64,000 bases of DNA, from contig JAIVFI010000001.1 in assembly GCA_025558095.1 (NCBI GenBank), positions 372,001 to 436,000 on the forward strand, written 5' to 3'. Below, piece after piece: positions 23,701-31,962 of this stretch. Origin of the DNA: Hyaloraphidium curvatum SAG 235-1. Lineage: Eukaryota; Fungi; Monoblepharomycota. Positions within the stretch are counted from its first letter, which is position 1. Each line of letters starts with the position of its first letter. The notes beneath the pieces are model-generated. The model did not search any database, was not told where the DNA came from, and saw only the letters and a program-made list of their open reading frames with translations. A program made the translations under genes and the position numbers.

Positions 23701-24612
23701 CGCCAAAGACAACGGCCGCGGTGCATCCCACAACAAGAAGACCACACAACTGGACTGCTCCCATGACGAGATTGCCAGCTACAAACCACTGGCCACCAAA
23801 GTTGACTATGGCAAGCTCATCATTGACGACAACCCGATCCTTCAGGAGGCCATTGCCAAGATTCTTGCTGCCCAATCTGCCACCACCAGCAAGGGAGATG
23901 CGGCCCCGGCCTCTTCTGAACGCAGGAAGCTGAAGCGCCACCGGGTGACCACTTCCACGGATTCCTGGAACTCCTAGCTCCCCTTGCCAAACGTGGCCAT
24001 TAGGGGCCGCCGAGCTTGCCCTCTTACGTGACATTGTAAACTTGTGCCGTTGAATACAACCTTCCGTTTTGTCAAAAGGCACTGTGCAGCAAGAAGCTTG
24101 CTTCTTGCACCATGCACTCATTTTACATCTACATCTACATGCTCTTTGTCCACTTCCAGGGACTCCAGGAGCCCTGCAAGCCGTTTAGAACGGGTATAGG
24201 AGCTTCCACCATGGGCCTCGGATTCAGTAAGAAAGGGCTGCACATAATGTTGGCCCAAAGTGACCCATGACACAAGTGTGGGGGACAGCAAGCCAGGCAG
24301 CAACAAAATGGCATGGAATGAAGCCCCTGCATGCTTGTCAACCAGTCCATGAGCAGCCGTGCAGGCTTGGGCAAAGACGCAATAGTGGTCAGCATTAGAT
24401 GCAGTCACCTTCCACAAGTGGCAAGCAGAGGTAGGTCCGGAAGCTGATGACAAGGAAATGATGAGCTGATCATGCAGGGGCAGTGGTTCTTTGGCTGGGG
24501 GCATGCGGAGGTTTGGGTCATCTTTCTGTATTTACGTTTTGCATTTGGTGGGGAAATAGTCGTTCATCTGCTGCAGAGGCCTGATCGGGCCTGATCCCAG
24601 GTGATCCATTCT

Positions 24613-24742
24613 CACACGACGACGATGAACTTTGTTAAAAAGACACACGACGACGATGAACTTTGCAATTAGCAGCAAACTCATGGTGTAACAGCGGCCA
24701 AGCCAGGGGCAGGTCCGGGTCACCAATACTATTCTTCTTCTT
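24613..24742 (+). mobile_element. Short LINE 3'-end insertion with internal duplication and CATTCT TSD
   Basis: CACACGACGACGATGAACTTTG occurs twice, followed by the LINE 3' UTR and TATTCTTCTTC tail; CATTCT at 24607-24612 and 24743-24748. Confidence 0.85.
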
Positions 24743-24913
24743 CATTCTGATTCCCGCTGATCTCGGCCGATCCGGGATCAGATCCTGGATCAGGTTTCCC
24801 GGGATAGAAAAGGCCCACCAAATGTACTGCCAAGTAGTCGTCAATCACCGCAGTTCGTCAGTGTTTACATTTGTCCTCGCCGTGCGGAATTTGTCTTCGG
24901 CGGGGTCCGAATC

Positions 24914-25124
24914 TGTTATTGGGGACGGATGGATGTGTTTGGAGTCTCTGGATCGAGTTGGAGTTGATCTTGGCATTGGAGCTGGACTTGGATGGGCGGA
25001 TAGTTTCTGGCTAGCAATTACCTAGGGACGTGGCCTCTTAGAAGGGAATAACGCAACAAACACCAGGAACGCCACCTGCCTCATTCGCACCTGTCTCTGG
25101 GCGCCTGTGACCAGGGGTCTTTGA
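24914..25124 (+). repeat. 5' LTR (TGTT...TTGA)
   Basis: Identical by eye to 31197-31407. Confidence 0.97.
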
Positions 25125-25138
25125 GATTAAGAGTCTCA
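25125..25138 (+). promoter_or_regulatory. Primer-binding site complementary to the tRNA-Lys(CUU) anticodon arm
   Basis: GATTAAGAGTCTCA is the reverse complement of TGAGACTCTTAATC. Confidence 0.85.
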
Positions 25139-25186
25139 ACTGCTCTGACACGTACCTGCTACCCCTGGAAGCCCGCCCGTGACAGG

Positions 25187-26563
25187 ATGACAGCCACCGA
25201 TGCCGACAAGCCCATCCTGCTCAACTCCGGTGAAAACATGGTCCAGTGGGACCGCAAGGCCCCCATCTACCTTAACAAGATTGGAGTGTACGAGTACGTC
25301 GTCAACGACGTCCTCAGCCTCGACTGGCAGCTCGAGCAAGCCCGCAAGAGAGCTGCTGAGCGGAGCACCGGTCCGGGGATGACCGACCAAGAGAAGGCAA
25401 CCATCCTTGCCGAGGAAGAGAAGACCGCGCGTACGATTCTTTCCGACTCCAAGTTTAGGGAGAAGGTCCAAAAGGCCTATGGCGAGCTCATGCTCATGCT
25501 CGACGACGTCCTCCAGGAGGCATTCGACGAGCCCAAGACGGCCCATGACCTCTGGAACGCGATTCACACCAAGTTCCGGGTCGGGAAAGCGCGTTTGGTA
25601 CACGCGTCCCAGATCCGCGTAAACAACTGGCAGTGGGATGCTTCAAAGACGGTGGACCAGAACTTCAACGAGTTGCTTAGTATCAAGTCAGAGAGGGCTG
25701 CGCACAAGAAGCCGCTCACAGACTACGAAGTGGCAATGATGGTGACGTTCTGCAAGGGTTTCCCGTTCGCAGAACTCCAGGGCTACTGGGGACGGGTGAT
25801 TGACGGTGCCAAGCACTTTGATGACAAGGGCAGCAGCAAGACGGATACATTTTCGTTCAACGGCATGCGTGATGCCGCTAACACAGCCCAAGCAAATGCA
25901 CCCCCGGCCGCGCCTGTCAAACTGACAGCTCCCGTTAATATCCCGGTACCTCCTGGATTCGGCCCCGGGTTCGCTGCGTATGGCACCGACTACCAGCAGC
26001 ACCAAGTTCCCCGTGGTGGTGGCAACCCCAGTCGGCCTCCGCAGCGCCCCTGGTACGAGCCCGGTCGCTACGCTCCGTACCCCAGCTACAGGCCGAGCGG
26101 CATGGCTCCTATACCAGGCCAGGGCCATGATACTCGGATGCGCGGCCGCGGGTTGGCACGTGGCGGCATGCGCGGAGGCCGCGGCTACTACCCCGCACTG
26201 AGGCCGATGGGCGGCCCAAGCTACCGCCCGGCTGGCGCTGCCGTTTGGAGGCCGGCTCCGGTGACCAGTGAGATCACCTGCCGCGAATGCGGCAAGCCGG
26301 GGCACGTGGCATCGGCGTGCCCCGACAAAAGGTGCCACAATTGCAACGGCAAGGGGCACGTACAGCGCGAGTGCCCGTCACCGCCCCAGCAGCCGTACGC
26401 CATGCTGGCAGATGCCCAGATGGAACACAGCGAGGGTGAGCATCGGGTGGTGATGTCTGGGCCGAGGTGCCCGCGCCGCGAAGGGGCCGCGGTGCTCGGC
26501 GCTTGGTTGAAGAGGAGGGCCGCGGGCCCCGCGTCGCGAAGGGCCGAGGTGCTAGACGCTTGA
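25187..26563 (+). CDS. gag: Gag (unspliced reading frame) with RGG-rich region and two CCHC zinc knuckles
   Basis: KTAHDLWNAIHTKF copia-gag motif; CRECGKPGHVASAC and CHNCNGKGHVQREC. Confidence 0.9.
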   Translation: MTATDADKPILLNSGENMVQWDRKAPIYLNKIGVYEYVVNDVLSLDWQLEQARKRAAERSTGPGMTDQEKATILAEEEKTARTILSDSKFREKVQKAYGELMLMLDDVLQEAFDEPKTAHDLWNAIHTKFRVGKARLVHASQIRVNNWQWDASKTVDQNFNELLSIKSERAAHKKPLTDYEVAMMVTFCKGFPFAELQGYWGRVIDGAKHFDDKGSSKTDTFSFNGMRDAANTAQANAPPAAPVKLTAPVNIPVPPGFGPGFAAYGTDYQQHQVPRGGGNPSRPPQRPWYEPGRYAPYPSYRPSGMAPIPGQGHDTRMRGRGLARGGMRGGRGYYPALRPMGGPSYRPAGAAVWRPAPVTSEITCRECGKPGHVASACPDKRCHNCNGKGHVQRECPSPPQQPYAMLADAQMEHSEGEHRVVMSGPRCPRREGAAVLGAWLKRRAAGPASRRAEVLDA

Positions 26564-26790
26564 AGAAGGGGGCCGCGGGCCCCGCGTCGCGAAGGGCCGA
26601 GGTGCCAGACGCTTGAGAGGAGGGCCGCGGGCCCAGCGCCGCGAAGGGGCCGCGGGCCCGGCGCGTGGAGTGTGGGCCGCGGGCTCCGCGTCGCGAGGGG
26701 CCGAGGGCCAGACGCTTGAAGAAGAGGGCTGCGGGCCCAGCGCCGCGAAGGGGCCGCGGGCCCGGCGCGTGGAGTGTGGGGCGCGGGTTA
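26458..26790 (+). repeat. GC-rich degenerate tandem repeat (~50-55 bp unit, ~6 copies) inside the copia element
   Basis: Recurring GCTTGAAGAAGGGGGCCGCGGGCCCCGCGTCGCGAAGGGCCGAGGTGCCAGAC and variants. Confidence 0.9.
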
Positions 26791-27225
26791 CTGGGGACCG
26801 ACGGTTGAGGTTCGCGCCCCTCGGCGCGTCGGCACGCGATCGGCTGATCGAACGTGCGTGCCGACGCGGGTGTAGCGCGCGCCCAACAGTCCAAACACTC
26901 TCGGAATTCCTCGCTTGACAAACACTAACTTCCGCCTCTCCTCTTTCGCTATCTAATTTCAATCTGCTTCGTACACTCTTCGTACACTCTCTGTTCATTT
27001 CGGTAAGGCGATACTGCTACCGAAGGTAACTCACCCGCTCCGCACCCAGCTCGCCCTTCATCGCAGCGTTGCCTGACAGCCTTCGGCTTCCTGGGATACG
27101 GCTCAATGCCCGGTGACAGTGAAGGAGCCGATTTCGGCTATGTCGGCTACGACCACGAGTCCGGCGGGGGAGCGACTTATGGCGAAGCTTTCGGAGCAAC
27201 CTACGGCGACGGCTTCGACAACTGA

Positions 27226-30200
27226 CTACGGAGCGGCGGGGAGGCCGCTGCGATCCCAGCCGTGACGGCCAATGCCGTTCCGGGGGAGGCTCTCGACGGC
27301 GGCATGGTTCAAGCTCAACATGCTCGGGCGTACATCAACCATGTCCGGGCAAACACCTGTGATTTCTTCTTCGATTCTGGCGCAAGTCGCATCTCTACGA
27401 ACATCCTCGACGACCTGGACAACGTTCGTTCGATACCCAAGTTCTCGGTGCATGGATTGACCGGACCTGTGGAGGTGTCAAAGGCCGGCACCATGTACAT
27501 TCGCCTCCGCGGTGACGGACCCATTGTTCGCCTTGATAACGTCCTCTTCATGCCAAGCACGCCTTGCCGCCTGTTCTCAGAAACGGCATTGGCCGCCGCC
27601 GGCGTTCGTTCAAAGAACCGCTACCTTGCTGACAAGCAGATGGAGAAGCAGCTGTACCTTGCGGACGGGACGGAGCTGTGCACTCTTTCGCAGCAAAACG
27701 GCGTGTTCCCGATGCCGATCGAGGTCGTCAAGCCGGGGTCAACGTCGCAGGCCATGTGGGGACTCACCGACGCGGATTTAATCCGACTGCGCGGGGTACG
27801 CATGTCACGTCTCTACGACCGTCACCTGTGGCATGCCCGGTGTGCGCACGCTCACATTGAGCGCATCCGGATAGCGCAGAGGTCGGGCGCAGTGCTTGGC
27901 CTTGAGAACGTCGATCTGGGCCCCGAGTCGGAGGTTATCGAGTGCGACGTCTGCCTGCGCGCCAAGCTGACGACTGCGCCGTTCCGCCCTTCGATGCGCG
28001 AGCACGTCAAGGACGTCATGGATCTCTGGCACGTCGATCTCAAGGGACCGGTTGACGTCACATCTGTTCATGGCCACCGCTACTGGATGGATGTCAAGGA
28101 CGAATGGAGCCAGCAGCTCTGGTCGATCCCGCTCGAGACCAAGGATCAAGCAGCGCCACTCCTTCAACAGCTCATTGTGTACGCAGAGACGCAGACGGGC
28201 AAGCGCCTCAAGCACCTCCAGTCTGACCAGGGCACTGAGCTCGGGCGGTGGGACGCAAGGGAGCTTGGCTGGTTCCAGACCTGGCTCCGCAAACGAGGCA
28301 CTCACTTCCGGGTCTCAATAGCCGATACGCCTCAACAGAATGCGGTACCCGAACGCGAGCATCGCTCGCAGGTCGAAGGGGTGCTTGCGCTCTGCATCCA
28401 GGCTGCCGTCGACAAGCGCTTCTGGAACTACGCTCTCGCATACAAGACTGAGGTCCGCAACATGCTTCCAACGGTGAAGACGATGCAACGGGGCGCCAAC
28501 GGAGCGGTCACCACGCCGCATGAGCTGTGGACAGGGACTAAACCCGACCTGTCACGTCTCCGCACGTTCGGGTCAGAGTGCTGGTATGGCATCCTCCCCA
28601 GCCAGCGCAAGGCTCTGGACGACCGTGCACACCGTGCAATCTTCCTCGGTTTCCCGAAGCACCTGAAGGCGTACACCTTGCTGGATCTGACCACAGGCAA
28701 GATTGTCCATGCGCGCTCAGTGGTCTTCAACGAGCGCTACTCTAAACGCTCGCCCGGCTCCTTCCACGAGATTGATGCGCTGGGAAGGCATCGTCCTTTT
28801 GCTCTCGTGCCTCCCCGGTTTCCTCCTTGGCTCTCCAAGCCGGTAGATGCAGCGCCCGATGAAGACAGCGATGACGATCAGCAGACACCACCAAGGGATG
28901 CGGGGACGGACATTCAGGAACCTGCTCAGCGCAACGAGGCCCCAGAGGCGTACGAGTGGGAGCTTCTCGAGGAGGAGATTGAGTATCCTGAGGCTGCGCA
29001 AGGGGAGGGAGCACACGGCAACGATGATGATGATGGGGTGCAATGGCATGCCGAGCACCCTTGGCCAGATGACGGTCTCCAGGACCCCCTTGCCATGCCT
29101 TCGACTGTCACCCCGTTGACATTCTCTCCTCCTTTCCGCTTCCCAGCCTTCGAGACGTGGCGCATACCAGGTACCAGCGCCCCGCACCCGGCGAGCCCAG
29201 TGACACTGCTGTCGGTGCACGATGTCACCGTTCCGCGCACATACAACGAATCGCAGAGATCACCGCATGCGGCTCAGTGGGAGGAAGCGCGGCAGGAGGA
29301 GAACAAGTCGATTCTTGAGATGGGTGTGGTCGAGGAGACGGAACTCCCTGCTGGTGACGAGGACAAGGTGGTGCCCTCGCACTACGTCTACGACGTCAAG
29401 AAGGACCAGAACAACAACGTTACGCGCTTCAAGGCACGCTTGGTGGCGGATGGAAACCGCCAATCCGAGCAAACATACTACGATACGTTCGCTGCCGTTC
29501 CTAACCAAGTCGTTTTCCGCCTCTTCCTTCTTCTTGTTGCCACGCTGGGACTCCTCTGTGATCACTGGGACATCAAGACGGCGTTTCTGCATGCTCCGCT
29601 GGACTACAGTGTCTACATCAGGCCGCCTCCGGGATGGCGGTTCCTCAAGGAGTCTTCCTCGCGCACGGTGCTTCGGCTGCTGAAGAGTCTCTATGGATTA
29701 CGGCAAGCGATGCGCTTGTTCCTTGCAATGCTTGATCATTTCCTTCGCCAGGCTGGATTCGTGAAGCTGGCCTCCGAAAGCTGTCTCTACGTGCGCTTCA
29801 CGGCCGGCCGCTTTATGATCGTCTTTGTCTACGTGGACGACTTACTGGTTGCTGCCACCTCACAGCTGGAGATCGATGAGTTGTTTGCCAGCCTCAAGCA
29901 GCATTTCAACATCAACTCCCTGGGCCCTGTCACTTACTGCTTGGGCGTGCACATCCGTCGCGACACCGGCACCGGTACAATCACGTTGTCGCAGACGGCG
30001 TACATCGACCGCGTCCTCCGCGAATTTGCATTCACGCGTGATGTTCCCAGCAAGGAGACAAAGTCTGCTCTCACGCCAATGCGACCGGATGCCCTCCAGG
30101 GGCTGCGCCCATTCGACCCCGCGGTGTTTGACAGCCTGCCAACGAAGATCCAAGACGACGTCAAAAGTTTCAACTACAAGGGCCTGATTGGCTCTCTACT

Positions 30201-30873
30201 TTGGATTGCCATCACAACGCGACCAGACATTGCTTTTGCGGTTATCTTTCTTTCTCGCTTTGCCAACAGCTTTGGGCCTCTTCACATCAAGGCGCTTCGC
30301 GATGTTTTGCGCTACCTGCGCCGCACCCGTACCTATGGACTTGTTCTTGGTCGTCGTCCTGCGTCTGGTGATCGCTTGGATCTCTGCGCATATGCGGATG
30401 CCGACTTTGCTGGTTGTGTGATGACCCGCAAGTCGACAACCGGTCTTGTCATCCTCATGGGTGCCTCCAGCATTGCCTGGCTGACCAAGAGGCAATCCGT
30501 GGTTGCACAGTCTACTACTGAAGCCGAGTATGTTGCTATGGCTCACGCAGTGCGCAACATCCTCTGGCTCCGCTCCATCTTGCAGGAACTTGGCCTTCCG
30601 CGGACCACACCGACCCGGCTCTTCGAGGACAACAAGTCTGCCGAGCAGCTGGCTCGCGACCCCAAGTTCCATGAGCGGACGAAGCACATCGACATCAAGT
30701 ATCATTTGGTTCGTGACACCGTGCAGGCTGGAGTCATTGAGCCTGCACGGGTTGTGTCTGAGGACAACTTTGGGGACGGCCTCACTAAGCCCCTGCCTCC
30801 GGCCCCTTTTGAACTCTTCCGTGAACGTGTTGGTGTTGTTGATCTGGATCCGGGTTCGGTTTCCAGTGCGTGA
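27226..30873 (+). CDS. pol: Pol polyprotein (PR-IN-RT-RNase H), open from the codon after TGA 27223-27225
   Basis: FFFDSGAS; LWHARCAH...CDVC; HVDLKGP/QSDQGTE/PEREHR; RFKARLVA, WDIKTAFL, YVDDLL; YADADFAG, STTEAEY, RTKHIDIKYH. Confidence 0.97.
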   Translation, partial: LRSGGEAAAIPAVTANAVPGEALDGGMVQAQHARAYINHVRANTCDFFFDSGASRISTNILDDLDNVRSIPKFSVHGLTGPVEVSKAGTMYIRLRGDGPIVRLDNVLFMPSTPCRLFSETALAAAGVRSKNRYLADKQMEKQLYLADGTELCTLSQQNGVFPMPIEVVKPGSTSQAMWGLTDADLIRLRGVRMSRLYDRHLWHARCAHAHIERIRIAQRSGAVLGLENVDLGPESEVIECDVCLRAKLTTAPFRPSMREHVKDVMDLWHVDLKGPVDVTSVHGHRYWMDVKDEWSQQLWSIPLETKDQAAPLLQQLIVYAETQTGKRLKHLQSDQGTELGRWDARELGWFQTWLRKRGTHFRVSIADTPQQNAVPEREHRSQVEGVLALCIQAAVDKRFWNYALAYKTEVRNMLPTVKTMQRGANGAVTTPHELWTGTKPDLSRLRTFGSECWYGILPSQRKALDDRAHRAIFLGFPKHLKAYTLLDLTTGKIVHARSVVFNERYSKRSPGSFHEIDALGRHRPFALVPPRFPPWLSKPVDAAPDEDSDDDQQTPPRDAGTDIQEPAQRNEAPEAYEWELLEEEIEYPEAAQGEGAHGNDDDDGVQWHAEHPWPDDGLQDPLAMPSTVTPLTFSPPFRFPAFETWRIPGTSAPHPASPVTLLSVHDVTVPRTYNESQRSPHAAQWEEARQEENKSILEMGVVEETELPAGDEDKVVPSHYVYDVKKDQNNNVTRFKARLVADGNRQSEQTYYDTFAAVPNQVVFRLFLLLVATLGLLCDHWDIKTAFLHAPLDYSVYIRPPPGWRFLKESSSRTVLRLLKSLYGLRQAMRLFLAMLDHFLRQAGFVKLASESCLYVRFTAGRFMIVFVYVDDLLVAATSQLEIDELFASLKQHFNINSLGPVTYCLGVHIRRDTGTGTITLSQTAYIDRVLREFAFTRDVPSKETKSALTPMRPDALQGLRPFDPAVFDSLPTKIQDDVKSFNYKGLIGSLLWIAITTRPDIAFAVIFLSRFANSFGPLHIKALRDVLRYLRRTRTYGLVLGRRPASGDRLDLCAYADADFAGCVMTRKSTTGLVILMGASSIAWLTKRQSVVAQSTTEAEYVAMAHAVRNILWLRSILQELGLPRTTPTRLFEDNKSAEQLARDPKFHERTKHIDIKYHLVRDTVQAGVIEPARVVSEDNFGDGLTKPLPPAPFELFRERVGVVDLDPGSVSSA

Positions 30874-31185
30874 TGGGCCTGAGGCCAGCGTGCTGCGAGC
30901 TGGACCCTACCAGGAATCTCTGCCCATGATGAGCCGGAGGCTAGTGGGCGGCCATTCCTTGGTTTCTGGGGGAGGATGCTTACCTGTATGTCTTTCTGGG
31001 GGAGCTTTGGATTTTTCTTGTATGTTGTGTTTGTGGGGGAGTTTTCTTTATGTATGGCGATTGGATCGCCCGGTCTTGGGGGGAGGAGTGAGTGAGTGAT
31101 GGGAGCCTGGGTAGGCTACCTGGGGAGCAATCCCGGGGCGTGGAGGAGCATGCGATGGGGGACTCCACTCGATCCACTCGCCTCC

Positions 31186-31196
31186 AAATGGGGGAG
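31186..31196 (+). promoter_or_regulatory. Polypurine tract
   Basis: AAATGGGGGAG abutting the 3' LTR. Confidence 0.85.
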
Positions 31197-31407
31197 TGTT
31201 ATTGGGGACGGATGGATGTGTTTGGAGTCTCTGGATCGAGTTGGAGTTGATCTTGGCATTGGAGCTGGACTTGGATGGGCGGATAGTTTCTGGCTAGCAA
31301 TTACCTAGGGACGTGGCCTCTTAGAAGGGAATAACGCAACAAACACCAGGAACGCCACCTGCCTCATTCGCACCTGTCTCTGGGCGCCTGTGACCAGGGG
31401 TCTTTGA
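31197..31407 (+). repeat. 3' LTR
   Basis: Identical to the 5' LTR; followed by the GAATC TSD. Confidence 0.97.
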
Positions 31408-31599
31408 GAATCCATCAAGTCCGATCCTTCTGAGATGTCCCCCTCGGGAGACAGTCTCCCTCAAGCGAATCTCAAGGTCAAACCCAGGCTACAACTAACT
31501 CTACTTCGGACCTTCCGAGTCCTGTAAGATTGAACCACTTGTGCAGCAGGTTAAAGCGCTAGGCCCGGCTTGACCTGGTCCGGCATACTGTCCCCTGCC

Positions 31600-31905
31600 G
31601 CAACACAGAGCAACGCCAGAAGCTGCAGACTAGACTGGAAGCACTGAGCCGCGAGTGGAACTTGGAGACCTGGCTCTGGACTCTCAGCATCAAGGAGTTC
31701 GAGCCCACGATCAAAGTGAGGCGGCAAAAGGAGAAGGCCCTCAACTCCATTGCCAGCTTCATCTCAAAGTCCATGAAGGACAGAAAACGGGGAAAATGAA
31801 AAAGATGCACGACGACAAACTTCAAATTAGCAGCAAACTTATGGTGTAACGGCGGCCAAGCCAGGGGCAGGTCCGCCGGGTCACCAATACTATTCTATTC
31901 TATTC
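31600..31905 (+). mobile_element. Older 3'-end fragment (~300 bp) of the LINE with (TATTC)3 tail
   Basis: Inverted, moderately diverged copy of ~18890-19190. Confidence 0.9.
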
Positions 31906-31962
31906 ACCTCCAGGTCATGATAGAGCAGAGCGGCTTCTGGATGTATGGTCATTGCAGGTGCT

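Larger units (their letters stand above)
24914..31407 (+). mobile_element. Full-length Ty1/copia LTR retrotransposon
   Basis: Identical 211-bp LTRs, GAATC TSD (24909-24913, 31408-31412), PBS, PPT, gag and PR-IN-RT-RH pol. Confidence 0.98.

Noticed and set aside
26458-26790. CRISPR-like array
   Set aside because: No unique spacers, degenerate units, eukaryotic context and no cas genes
30868-30935. SECIS-like GUGA...UGAU hairpin after pol, which would make the gag/pol UGA a Sec codon next to eEFSec
   Set aside because: The 5' UGA is the pol stop itself, helix II is short and bulged, and there is no apical AA at the right spacing; adjacency to eEFSec is most likely chance. SECISearch3 would settle it.
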